Assembly: GCA_049976445.1 (NCBI GenBank)
Contig: JBMFIF010000004.1
Span: 1 to 55,291, forward strand
DNA: 55,291 bases
Direction: 5' to 3'
Source of the DNA: Thermoprotei archaeon
GTDB lineage: Archaea; Thermoproteota; Thermoprotei; Gearchaeales; WAQG01
Shown: positions 9,730 to 18,871 of the stretch, piece after piece
How the letters are laid out: every line of letters begins with the position of its first letter
How positions within the stretch are numbered: position 1 is the first letter of the stretch
Made by a program: the position numbers and the translations under genes
Notes under the pieces: generated by a model
What the model saw: the letters and a program-made list of their open reading frames with translations, nothing else
What the model was told of the DNA's origin: nothing
Databases searched by the model: none

Positions 9730-10560
9730 GTGGAGAAAAGAAGAACTCTTTTGAAATTTTTATTACTTTCACCGCTAGGTAGGTTTATTGGATCAATAAT
9801 AACAGCTTTAGGTCTAGGAGCTTATGCTGGATCAAAAGTATATTATAAAACTTATTATTATATCTCAAGAGAAATTGAGGATAAAAATAAAATCATATTA
9901 CCATTACCAAAGTTGATTGGAACGATGAGTGTTGAAGAAGCTTTGGCTTTTCGAAGATCTATTAGAGAATATACTGATGACCCAATAACACTAGAAAAAT
10001 TATCCCAAATACTTTGGGCTGCTTATGGAATAAGTGAAATAAAATGGGGATTAAGAACAGCTCCAAGCGCAGGTGCGTGCTATCCCTTAGAAATCTATGT
10101 TATAGTCTCTTTAAATGGTGTGATTTCTGATAACGGGTACATAGCCCCTGGAATTTATCATTACAATGTGCAGTCTCATGTACTTGAGCTAATTAAATCA
10201 GGCGATTTTAGAGAAGAACTTTACAAGGCTGCGTTGGAACAAGAATGGGTTAGAAAAGCACCAGTAAACATTGTTATAACAGCCATTTATGAAAGAACGA
10301 CACAACGATATGGGGAGAGAGGAAGAATTAGATATGTTCACATGGATTTAGGGCATGTAGGCCAAAATATCTATCTTCAAGCAACAGCATTATCTCTAGG
10401 AACTGTTGCAATAGGCGCTTTTCATGATGACAATGTGAAAAAGATTATAGGATTGCCTGATTATGAAGAACCATTGTATATAATGCCATTGGGTGTTCCA
10501 TCGTGGAAACATAGATTATCGCAAGAGGAACTTAAAAACTTTTACGATAAATATCGATAA
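9730..10560 (+). CDS. SagB-type nitroreductase-family flavoprotein with an N-terminal twin-arginine-like signal/anchor
   Basis: 'FRRSIREYTDDPITLEKLSQILWAAYG' and 'APSAGACYPLEIYV' are typical of SagB/ThcOx-type nitroreductases. The N-terminus 'EKRRTLLKFLLLSPLG...' resembles a Tat motif followed by a hydrophobic stretch. GTG start. Confidence 0.7.
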   Translation: MEKRRTLLKFLLLSPLGRFIGSIITALGLGAYAGSKVYYKTYYYISREIEDKNKIILPLPKLIGTMSVEEALAFRRSIREYTDDPITLEKLSQILWAAYGISEIKWGLRTAPSAGACYPLEIYVIVSLNGVISDNGYIAPGIYHYNVQSHVLELIKSGDFREELYKAALEQEWVRKAPVNIVITAIYERTTQRYGERGRIRYVHMDLGHVGQNIYLQATALSLGTVAIGAFHDDNVKKIIGLPDYEEPLYIMPLGVPSWKHRLSQEELKNFYDKYR

Positions 10561-10592
10561 AAATTGCTGTGCTCTTATGTAAGTATTCTGTT

Positions 10593-11651
10593 CTATTTTT
10601 GGATGTTAATAAGTCTGTTGTATGTTGTCAATATTTTTTCTTTTGTTTGTTGATCGACTTTTTTAATTTTTGCTATAAGTGTTCCGCTTTTTAATAATGT
10701 TATATCAAAACCATCTTCAACATTAAATGTTATGCTTAAGTTACTGGTTAATAATGGTTTCCATCCTTCTTTAATCCCTTTTTCTTTGATTCTAGATAGG
10801 TCTATGTTTTTAATTATTTTGTTTACGAAGTATACTCCTGAACCATCTCGTGCACAACTCGCTTCTATTTCTTCTATTTTTATAGGTTCAGGTTTTCTTT
10901 CTGGTGCTGTTCCACATACAGGGCATTTTTCGTTTCTGTTTATATTAAGTGTTACAAATTCCATTGTTTTTAAATCTATGTACATAAGTTTGTTTTTTAG
11001 TAATGGTTCCTGGTTCATTATTATTCTTAGCGCTTCTGAAACTGCTATGCTTGCGACTACGAACGTTACGCTTGGATGTACTCCTACGATCGCACATCTT
11101 GGCAGTGTGTCTTCATTATAAATTCCGCCGTAAAAACATTCTAAGCATGGTGTTTTTCCTGGGATTATTGTTGTGACATTTCCATACATTTCTAATGCTG
11201 CGGCGAATATGTATGGTTTTTTTAATTTTACTATTGTTCTGTTTATTATGTATCTTGCTCTTAAATTATCTAAACCATCTAGAACTACATCGACATCTTT
11301 GATTATGTCTTCAGCATTTTCTTCTGTAATAGGTTCAGCTATCACTTCTATCTTCATTCTTGGGTTTATTTCTTTTAATCTTTTTTCTGCTACTTCAACT
11401 TTTGGTTTATCTACATCTTTTCTTGTATAGAGTGGTTGTCTGTGCAGATCTGTTTTTGAGACTATATCCCTGTCCACAATTTTTAGGTATCCTAATCCCA
11501 TAGATGCAAGAAGCATAGCTGCTGGGCTTCCTAACCCTCCAACTCCTATTAATGCAATCTTTCCATTCTTTATTTTCTCTTGTCCGTTTAAGCCTATATC
11601 TTGTAGTACGATTTGTCTCGCGTATTCATCAATTTCTTCGTCGCTTAGCAA
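10593..11651 (-). CDS. E1-like ubiquitin-like-protein activating enzyme (ThiF/MoeB/UbaA family) with a C-terminal extension of about 95 aa
   Basis: Nucleotide loop 'LIGVGGLGSPAAMLLASMGLG', 'DRD', and zinc CxxC pairs 'CLEC' and 'CPVC'. About 95 further residues follow CPVCG with no rhodanese motif. Confidence 0.85.
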   Translation of the reverse strand: MLSDEEIDEYARQIVLQDIGLNGQEKIKNGKIALIGVGGLGSPAAMLLASMGLGYLKIVDRDIVSKTDLHRQPLYTRKDVDKPKVEVAEKRLKEINPRMKIEVIAEPITEENAEDIIKDVDVVLDGLDNLRARYIINRTIVKLKKPYIFAAALEMYGNVTTIIPGKTPCLECFYGGIYNEDTLPRCAIVGVHPSVTFVVASIAVSEALRIIMNQEPLLKNKLMYIDLKTMEFVTLNINRNEKCPVCGTAPERKPEPIKIEEIEASCARDGSGVYFVNKIIKNIDLSRIKEKGIKEGWKPLLTSNLSITFNVEDGFDITLLKSGTLIAKIKKVDQQTKEKILTTYNRLINIQK

Positions 11652-11695
11652 TATTATTCCCCCATTAAATATTAAATTAGAACTTATTTTTTTAT

Positions 11696-11977
11696 TTATC
11701 CACCTGCAACTATTGGTAGTATGTAAATTTCATCGTTCTCGTTCAATTTTGTTTCAATACCATTGAGTGTTTGAATATTTTTGCCGTTTACAAAGATACC
11801 GATTGTTGATTTTATTTGTTGGTTTTCATCTAATATTAAGTCTTTTAACGTTGCACCGTAAAGGTCTATTAATTTGTTTATTACATCTTTTACTTGGTTT
11901 GCATCTATATTAATAACGGTACTTCCCTTTACTCTTTGAGCTATGATTGAGTAGAGTTTTACTTTTACATTGACCAT
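11696..11977 (-). CDS. Ubiquitin-like beta-grasp sulfur carrier/modifier (MoaD/ThiS/SAMP/Urm1-like) ending in GG
   Basis: 93 aa. The C-terminus '...EIYILPIVAGG' is directly followed by the stop codon. Lies 6 nt downstream of the ThrC-like gene and 44 nt upstream of the E1-like gene. Confidence 0.8.
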   Translation of the reverse strand: MVNVKVKLYSIIAQRVKGSTVINIDANQVKDVINKLIDLYGATLKDLILDENQQIKSTIGIFVNGKNIQTLNGIETKLNENDEIYILPIVAGG

Positions 11978-11983
11978 TTAACA

Positions 11984-13198
11984 TCACCATGTTGCTATTT
12001 TGCTTTCAATAACCTGTAAATTAGCTTTTATCGGATTGGCTTTTAATTTTATTGCCTCTTGTTCGAAAATCTCAAGTGATTTAAACCCTGAACCTGTCAT
12101 TAAACAAACAATCTGTTCATCGGATTTGATAACATTGTTATTGACTAATTTTATTAATGCTGCTGTTGTTATTGCTCCAGCAGGTTCTGCGAATAAGCCC
12201 TCGTACTTTGCTAGGATTTTCATTGCATTTACTATTTCTTCATCGGTAACATCTATAGCTAGTCCTCTGCTTTCTTTAATAGCTTTTATTGCATAACGAC
12301 CATCAGCCGGATTACCGATAGCTAAACTTTTGGCTATTGTTTTACAATTACTAATACTAACTTGTCCAGTTTTATAGGCTGAGACTATTGGTGAGCAATT
12401 TTGGGGCTGAACACCTATTAAAGATACTTTTTTATTATCAACAAGATCGAGTGATATTAACTCGTTTAGTCCTTTCCATATCATGTAAAGAAGAGCTCCA
12501 CTAGCCATTGGTATGATAATTTTATCAGGTAATGACCAATTAAGTTGTTCGGCAATTTCGTATGCTAATATTTTTGATCCCTCTGCATAATAAGGTCTTA
12601 GGTTTACGTTTGCTAATCCATAAAGTCCATTCTCGGCTAACTGTAGTGTTAAAAAGTTTAGTTCGTCATAATTTCCATCAACCAGAAGTACATTGGCACC
12701 GTAAGCTATTGCTTGGACTATTTTGCTCAGTTCAGTATCGCTTGGAACTAGGACGAACGATGGTAATCCAACTCTACTTGACAATGCTGCAACTGCTGCT
12801 GCTAAGTTTCCTGTTGATGATGTTCCGATAGCCTTAAAGTTAAATTCTAAGGATTTAATTATTGCAACTGATGCAGGTCTGTCTTTAAACGAACCAGTTG
12901 GATTCAGCGTATCATTTTTGATATAAAATTCTTTTAAGCCTATTAATTGGTTTAATCTTGATGGTTTATAAAGCGGTGTAAACCCTATATCAGTAAATTG
13001 TTCTGGTATTGTCTTAACTGGTAAGAATTCTTTATATCTCCACATGTTTTTCCTTCTATTTTTTAGGTCATTAATCGAGAATTTTATTTCCTTAAAATCG
13101 TATACTACTTCTAAGGGCCCTAAGCATTTTTCACATACAAATCGCGCTTCTGGTTCATAAATCGTTCCGCATTCTCTACATCGTAATTTGAAACTCAT
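11984..13198 (-). CDS. Threonine-synthase-family PLP enzyme with an N-terminal zinc ribbon (ThrC, or a ThrC-like sulfur-incorporating paralogue)
   Basis: Zinc ribbon 'CRECGTIY...CEKCLG', PLP-lysine motif 'NPTGSFKDRPA', and 'SSTGNLAAA'. ATG at 13198; the ORF is open to 13261. Confidence 0.85.
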   Translation of the reverse strand: MSFKLRCRECGTIYEPEARFVCEKCLGPLEVVYDFKEIKFSINDLKNRRKNMWRYKEFLPVKTIPEQFTDIGFTPLYKPSRLNQLIGLKEFYIKNDTLNPTGSFKDRPASVAIIKSLEFNFKAIGTSSTGNLAAAVAALSSRVGLPSFVLVPSDTELSKIVQAIAYGANVLLVDGNYDELNFLTLQLAENGLYGLANVNLRPYYAEGSKILAYEIAEQLNWSLPDKIIIPMASGALLYMIWKGLNELISLDLVDNKKVSLIGVQPQNCSPIVSAYKTGQVSISNCKTIAKSLAIGNPADGRYAIKAIKESRGLAIDVTDEEIVNAMKILAKYEGLFAEPAGAITTAALIKLVNNNVIKSDEQIVCLMTGSGFKSLEIFEQEAIKLKANPIKANLQVIESKIATW

Positions 13199-13480
13199 TA
13201 AGTCCACCCCTTGTATTGAGATAAATTGATATAATAATTTTGTTTGAAAAAAATATTCCAAAAAGAATAAATTGTGCTAGGTTTTTACCTAAATTTTAAA
13301 TAATAATATTTTAAAATAATATGATAAGCAACGCTCAAATATCGTTTAATAGAAGAATGGCAAACTTCGCCCTTCAGAACGGGAAAGAGGTTAGTCAGCA
13401 ATCTGTGTTGTTAATTTTTTATTCAAATAAAACGTTTTTTTAAAATAAGCTTAAATTCTAAGTTTAAATAATAAATATCA

Positions 13481-14065
13481 ATGTTACCAGAACTTTCAGA
13501 AATCATGAAGCTTAGGAAGAAGTTGGGATTAACCCAAAGGGAGTTGGCGAAATTATCTGGGGTAAGTCAATCGCTCATTGCAAAAATTGAATCTGGTAAA
13601 ATTATTCCATCGTATTCAAAGGTAAAAATTATTTTTGATACGCTAGAAAATCTTGAAGAAAAGGTTTTTAAAGTAAACATTAAGGCTGGTGATATAATGA
13701 ATAAAAAAGTTGTCGGTGTTAAATCTAATGATAAAGTTATTAAAGCATCTCAAATAATGCTAAAGCATGGTTTTTCGCAGTTACCAGTTTTTAGTAAAGG
13801 ACGTTTAGTTGGTAGTATATCTGAAAAGGACATAATGAACATTTTATCAAAAGGTTTAAAAATGGAAGAACTTTCTAATATTTATGTTTGTGATGTAATG
13901 GATGAACCTTTTCCACAAATTCCAGTAAAAACGCCATTATCTGTAATCAGTACTCTCCTTCAAACATTTAACGCAGTTTTAGTAGTAAATAAAGGTAGAG
14001 TTGCAGGAATAATAACAAAAGCTGATGTATTAAAAGTTATAGAGAGTAATGAATTATTAAAATGA
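13481..14065 (+). CDS. XRE-type HTH plus CBS-pair domain regulator
   Basis: 'LTQRELAKLSGVSQSLIAKIESGK' HTH, followed by two CBS-like repeats ('IMNKKVVGVKSND...' and 'VCDVMDEPFPQI...'). Confidence 0.8.
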   Translation: MLPELSEIMKLRKKLGLTQRELAKLSGVSQSLIAKIESGKIIPSYSKVKIIFDTLENLEEKVFKVNIKAGDIMNKKVVGVKSNDKVIKASQIMLKHGFSQLPVFSKGRLVGSISEKDIMNILSKGLKMEELSNIYVCDVMDEPFPQIPVKTPLSVISTLLQTFNAVLVVNKGRVAGIITKADVLKVIESNELLK

Positions 14066-14431
14066 TTAGGTGCTCTTACTTTTTTCACTTTCTAAACGTT
14101 GTTTATAGTATGTTTCAAGTTCTGTATCGTTCATCGATCTGTATTTATCTGCTAATAATCTACGTTTCTCAGGATTCTTAAGAAAATAGTAAACTGAGTA
14201 ACTACAGATTGGTTCTATTTTTAAATTTCTCTCTTCCGCAACTTGAGTGGCTCGTTCAACCATCATTCTAGCTAAGCCCATACCCCTATATTCTGGTGGT
14301 GTATAAGTTTCTATTAATCTCATCACATCACCGTTAATATCATAAGATAGGTAAGCTTTTGAACCATTAGGAAGACGTATATAAAAGACAGTATGTGTCT
14401 GTTCAACTTTAAACTCACTACTCTTTGACAT
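14066..14431 (-). CDS. Small GNAT-like N-acetyltransferase
   Basis: 'YTPPEYRGMGLARMMVERATQVAEERNLKIEPICSY' matches the single-domain GNAT (YjdJ-like) pattern. ATG at 14431. Confidence 0.6.
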   Translation of the reverse strand: MSKSSEFKVEQTHTVFYIRLPNGSKAYLSYDINGDVMRLIETYTPPEYRGMGLARMMVERATQVAEERNLKIEPICSYSVYYFLKNPEKRRLLADKYRSMNDTELETYYKQRLESEKSKST

Positions 14432-14531
14432 CACAAACACCAGTAAAAAATTGTTCTGGTGACATATAAACATTCTTCACTGATTCAACAAAACATGAAA
14501 AATTGAATGAATGATCCTTTATGTTCTGTTA

Positions 14532-15326
14532 TTAATCAGATGACTTTGTAGTTGAGTATTCACTAAACCTTTTGAGCGCTTTATCTAACTCATTTGAAGC
14601 ATATATAAACATATCCATTATCGATGATTTTATATTTAAGCTTAAATATTTACGCAACAATTTTATAGTGATTCCTTTTGGAGTTATTACAGCATTTCTA
14701 ATGTTTAATAGGTCTTTAATACTTGTTAATTCTGCGGTGCCTGCAAATACATTAATTACAGCCTTTCTTGCCAAATCATGTGGTACTCCTAGATACAGGG
14801 CAGCAAGTTCCATAGCATCTATTAATTCAGCTACTAACGCAGGTGTTGAAGCTGATATGAGCGTTAATTTGTCTAATACATCTTCATCAACCCATACAAC
14901 CTCACCTAATAAACTAAATATCTTTTCTACTAATTCCGCATTATAACCTTTATTACCACAGAGTGCTGTAAAACCTTTATTAATTTCAACGTTTATGTTC
15001 GGCATAGCCCTATAAATTTCAGCATTGTTTAATGCATGTGAATATGTTTTAAGAGGTATTAGAGCTGCGACGGACACTACTATCTTTTCCTCGAAAGAAG
15101 TGGCTAATGAATGTAGAACATTAATAATTGTATGAGGTTTTAAAGCGATTATTACCAGGTCTGAATCTCTAATAACTTTTTCATTATCCAGGAATACCTT
15201 AATACCTAATTTCCTAACGTTCTCTGCAGATTTTAATGTTTTAACTGATGCAGCAATATTAGCAGAATTAATTCCAGCTCTTATAAGACCCCTAATTATA
15301 GCTTGTCCTAACCTACCTGCACCCAA
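14532..15326 (-). CDS. proC: Pyrroline-5-carboxylate reductase
   Basis: Rossmann N-terminus '(IGVL)GAGRLGQAIIRGL' and a P5CR-like C-terminal domain ('VITPKGITI'). The true start may lie a few codons upstream of the TTG at 15326. Confidence 0.75.
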   Translation of the reverse strand: MGAGRLGQAIIRGLIRAGINSANIAASVKTLKSAENVRKLGIKVFLDNEKVIRDSDLVIIALKPHTIINVLHSLATSFEEKIVVSVAALIPLKTYSHALNNAEIYRAMPNINVEINKGFTALCGNKGYNAELVEKIFSLLGEVVWVDEDVLDKLTLISASTPALVAELIDAMELAALYLGVPHDLARKAVINVFAGTAELTSIKDLLNIRNAVITPKGITIKLLRKYLSLNIKSSIMDMFIYASNELDKALKRFSEYSTTKSSD

Positions 15327-15416
15327 AACGCCTATTTTAAGTGTGGACTGGAATCAAACCACCACACCAGTTATCTAAGCATTAGAAAATATAAAAATCT
15401 TATTATAATAATTGAG

Positions 15417-15477
15417 GAGGCTGTCCAGATAAGCCACCAACCACAACATCACCATTACATAATAAGTGAACAGTTTC
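15417..15477 (+). mobile_element. MITE-C copy 1 (61-bp TIR element)
   Basis: Ends 'gaggctgtcca...gtgaacagtttc' form an imperfect inverted repeat. Flanked by the 9-bp direct repeat 'ataattgag' (15408-15416 and 15478-15486). Homologous to 47439, 48358 (inverted) and 49529. Confidence 0.8.
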
Positions 15478-15680
15478 ATAATTGAGAATTATTCTTCAGA
15501 GAAAAGAAGTTGTATCTTTTCTATCATGAAAGAGTTAAAATCTTAGGTGTTTTTATTTATATGTGCTATTGTTATTGAAAAGAGGTTTACATTATGAAAT
15601 AGATATATTGATGTATAGATTTATGGGATACTTTTAGTAAAGGTTAAATTGTAGATGTTTCTTTAATTGGTGAGAGTAAA

Positions 15681-16154
15681 ATGGGTATGTATCATCAGAT
15701 AGCAAAGTTATGGAAAAGAGTTAGAGAAGGACCGTTAGCTGAAGTATATCGTGAAAGACTAGTCTTATGGAGGCGTGAACCAACAGTTGTTCGCATTGAA
15801 AAGCCTACTAGAATAAATAGGGCCAGAGCTCTCGGTTACAAAGCTAAGCAAGGCTTCGTTGTTGTACGTGTACGTGTTAGAAGAGGAAAAATGGAAAAAC
15901 AGAGACCTAGGTCTGGTAGAAGGCCTAAACGTATGGGTACTGTAAAAATGACTGTAAAAAAGAGTTTACAATGGATTGCTGAGGAAAAGGCTGCTAGGAA
16001 GTTTCCAAATCTGGAGGTGTTGGGTAGTTATTGGGTTGGGGAGGATGGTAAATACAAGTGGTTTGAAGTGATAATGGTTGATCCGCATCATCCGGTTATA
16101 ATTAATGACAAGGATGTAAATTGGGTGTCAAGGGGTGTTGGTGTTGAGCAGTGA
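15681..16154 (+). CDS. rpl15e: Ribosomal protein L15e
   Basis: '[10 protein letters not shown]...[46 protein letters not shown]' is the characteristic L15e N-terminus. Confidence 0.9.
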   Translation: MGMYHQIAKLWKRVREGPLAEVYRERLVLWRREPTVVRIEKPTRINRARALGYKAKQGFVVVRVRVRRGKMEKQRPRSGRRPKRMGTVKMTVKKSLQWIAEEKAARKFPNLEVLGSYWVGEDGKYKWFEVIMVDPHHPVIINDKDVNWVSRGVGVEQ

Positions 16155-16590
16155 ATCTGCTCAACCCATAATAGAAACGCCTGAACCAATTGTTTTAACT
16201 CCATTAGTTTGGAGGGGTAAATATAACATAGCTAAGCAAAGAGTCGGTAGAGGATTTAGTGTTGGTGAGCTTAAAGAAGCTGGGATTTCTAAAGAGCGAG
16301 CTAAGCTATTGGGGATCCATATTGATATAAGAAGAAAAAGTGTTTATAAGGAAAATATTGAAGCATTGAAGCGTTTTCTTGAAGCTTATAAAGAGGGTAA
16401 AGTTTTAGTTGTGCTTCGTAAAAAGTTAAGGGGTTCTAGTCCGCAAAGTGGACGAGTTTTCAGAGGATTAACACCTGCAGGTAAAAAGTCACGTGGACTT
16501 GTAAAATCCAGATATAAAGAGAGTCATAAAAGAAAATGGAAGATGGCTAGGAAGCCTAGAAAAACTCCTCCGATGTATTATCATGATTGA
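16135..16590 (+). CDS. rpl13e: Ribosomal protein L13e-like
   Basis: '[32 protein letters not shown]' matches the L13e core, with a basic C-terminal tail. The start is uncertain (several GTG/TTG codons at 16135-16150). Confidence 0.65.
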   Translation: MLVLSSESAQPIIETPEPIVLTPLVWRGKYNIAKQRVGRGFSVGELKEAGISKERAKLLGIHIDIRRKSVYKENIEALKRFLEAYKEGKVLVVLRKKLRGSSPQSGRVFRGLTPAGKKSRGLVKSRYKESHKRKWKMARKPRKTPPMYYHD

Positions 16591-16602
16591 TGGTGAGGTT
16601 GG

Positions 16603-16809
16603 ATGGGTAAGATTGATAAAGGTGTTCACTGTATGGTGAAAGGCTGTGCAAACGTAGCTGTGAGATCAATTTCAATAAACGATCTTGGTCCTATGAGTTC
16701 TAAAGTGGAGCGTGGTAGCACTAGACGTGTCTATCTTTGCGCTGAACATTATAAAGAATGGAAAAAGATAAATAGAGATCGAATAAAGCTTGAACGTCTT
16801 AGATTTTAA
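16603..16809 (+). CDS. Small basic Cys/His (zinc-binding?) protein in the r-protein operon
   Basis: 68 aa with 'HCMVKGC' ... 'CAEH' and a Lys/Arg-rich C-terminus. Lies 12 nt downstream of the L13e-like gene. Confidence 0.5.
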   Translation: MGKIDKGVHCMVKGCANVAVRSISINDLGPMSSKVERGSTRRVYLCAEHYKEWKKINRDRIKLERLRF

Positions 16810-16955
16810 TGATCATCCTATGACTTCTTTCCTGCCCTAAAGGGTTGAGACTTTCATCTTTTGTAATCTTAAATTATGGGGACAAAATGCTGTTTAATTC
16901 TTAAGTTGTTAGGTTTAGAAAAAAATTAAAGAGAGATTGTCTTAAAGTCAAGTAG

Positions 16956-17972
16956 TTGGTAATGAGTTTAATAGGTTTTCTTTTAATTGGTGGTTATGAT
17001 GGTGTTCCATTCGGTGAGCTTAAAGCATTATGTAATTCTAGTGGTTTTCCATATAATATTGTTGGTGTTTATGATCGAATAGTGATTATTGAGTCGAATG
17101 AAGAAATAGTTGATTATGTTGTGAAAAGAGCGTCTATGGTTCATTTAGGTGGCCTTATATTTTTTATGAGCAGGCCAATTGTTGATGAGATAGTTGAAGC
17201 GATGCAAAAGATTGCTTTACCGTTTCCTGTCTCTAGTTTTTTGGTTAGAATAAAGCGTGTTGGTGTTCCTAAAAATCAGGTTGATGTTAGCAAGTTAGAA
17301 AGTATGCTAGGATCTGTGATTGTGTCTAAAGGTTTTAGTGTTGATCTGAATAAGCCTAAATATAAATTTATTGGATTGTTTGGTCGTGATGTATTTGTTT
17401 TATTGTTAGAGAAAGGTTCTGTTGATCGTGGAAAATTTATGGAACGACGACCTAGTAAAAGGCCATTCTTTCATCCATCTGCTATGGAGACTTGGCTTGC
17501 TAGGGCTTTAGTGAATCTTTCTGAGGCTAAGGAAGATGACATTGTCGTTGATCCTTTTTGTGGGACTGGAGGATTGTTAATCGAAGGATGTTTTATGAAT
17601 ATTAGGATGATTGGTATTGATCTCGATTGGGAAATGTGTAAAGGTGCGTTGAGGAATATTCGTTTTTATGGTTTATGGAATGCCGATATTATCAGGGGTG
17701 ATGCAGCATGCATTCCTTTAAGATATTTTTCAAAGATTGTTACTGATCCACCATATGGTAAGGATGCTTCTACGATGGGTAGAACACACCAGGACTTAGT
17801 AAGAGAGCTGCTTAAACAGTCTTTTTCAGTTAGTAAGATTGTTTATGGGTCTTTTAAAGGATCTAACGTTAAAAGTATTGAGGATGAGCTTAAGTTTGTA
17901 TGTAAGGATTCTTTTGAGATAAGGATTCATAGAAGTTTAACACGTAATATAAGAGTGGTGGAGCCGCAATGA
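16956..17972 (+). CDS. THUMP-domain tRNA (guanine-N2) methyltransferase (Trm11/Trm14-like)
   Basis: SAM motif 'VVDPFCGTGGLLIE' and catalytic 'TDPPYG'. The N-terminal region is THUMP-like. Confidence 0.8.
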   Translation: MVMSLIGFLLIGGYDGVPFGELKALCNSSGFPYNIVGVYDRIVIIESNEEIVDYVVKRASMVHLGGLIFFMSRPIVDEIVEAMQKIALPFPVSSFLVRIKRVGVPKNQVDVSKLESMLGSVIVSKGFSVDLNKPKYKFIGLFGRDVFVLLLEKGSVDRGKFMERRPSKRPFFHPSAMETWLARALVNLSEAKEDDIVVDPFCGTGGLLIEGCFMNIRMIGIDLDWEMCKGALRNIRFYGLWNADIIRGDAACIPLRYFSKIVTDPPYGKDASTMGRTHQDLVRELLKQSFSVSKIVYGSFKGSNVKSIEDELKFVCKDSFEIRIHRSLTRNIRVVEPQ

Positions 17973-18871
17973 TATTATTGACATTTTTAGGTACTGCTGC
18001 TAGCATTCCTGCTAAAGATAGATCACTACCTTCTATTGCTTTCAATATTGATGGCGATTTAATATTGATGGATGTCGGGGAGGGTACTCAGCGTCAAATG
18101 TTATATGCAGGTTTAAGTCCACAAAAAGTTATGAAGGTTTTAATAACCCACATGCATGGTGATCATATATTAGGATTGCCTGGTTTAATTAGGACTATGG
18201 CTATGTTGGGTAGAACGCAACCATTAGAAATTTACGGCCCTAAAGGTATCGCATCGTATGTTAATTTGATTATTGAACCAGCTCTCTTAGGATCTGAGTT
18301 TAAGATTCTTGTGAATGAAGTATCACATGGCACTTCTATAGTTGGAAAAAATTATTTTATTGAAGCTATTTCTGTGAATCATGGTGTCGAAGCTTATGGT
18401 TATGTGTTAAAAACTAATGACAGACCTGGCAAATTAGACATAAGTAAGGCTTTGAGTTTAGGGTTGAAGCCTGGTCCTGAACTTAGAATGCTAAAAGAAG
18501 GAAAGATTGTAAGGGTTGGTGGTAAGATTATAAGACCTGAAGATGTTCTTGGTGAACCGATGCGTGGATCAAAGATCGTATATAGTGGTGATACATTGCC
18601 TAGTGAGAATATTGTTAAATCGTCTATGAATGCTGATATTTTAATTCATGAAGCTACATTCATTGAAGATGATGTTAATTTGGCAAAAATTGCATATCAT
18701 ACTACTGTGAAACAAGCAGCAAACATCGCTTTAAACGCTAATGTTGGATTGCTTATTTTAACGCATATAAGTAATCGTTATCAAAATCTGAACTTGCTAC
18801 TTAATGAAGCTCGTGGTATCTTTTACAATACATTGATAGCTAACGATTTTTTAACGCTTCACATGACTTAG
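17969..18871 (+). CDS. rnz: Ribonuclease Z (tRNA 3' endonuclease)
   Basis: Metallo-beta-lactamase motif 'HMHGDH', 'FLGTAASIPAKDRSLPS', and C-terminal 'LTHIS'. Overlaps the upstream gene by 4 nt. Confidence 0.9.
   Translation: MILLTFLGTAASIPAKDRSLPSIAFNIDGDLILMDVGEGTQRQMLYAGLSPQKVMKVLITHMHGDHILGLPGLIRTMAMLGRTQPLEIYGPKGIASYVNLIIEPALLGSEFKILVNEVSHGTSIVGKNYFIEAISVNHGVEAYGYVLKTNDRPGKLDISKALSLGLKPGPELRMLKEGKIVRVGGKIIRPEDVLGEPMRGSKIVYSGDTLPSENIVKSSMNADILIHEATFIEDDVNLAKIAYHTTVKQAANIALNANVGLLILTHISNRYQNLNLLLNEARGIFYNTLIANDFLTLHMT

Noticed and set aside
9730-11651. SagB-type dehydrogenase next to an E1-like protein, read as a TOMM/azoline (SagBCD-like) biosynthetic cluster
   Set aside because: The two genes are convergent rather than co-transcribed. 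There is no YcaO and no precursor-peptide candidate. The E1 has an intact nucleotide loop and belongs to the Ubl/ThrC-like operon.
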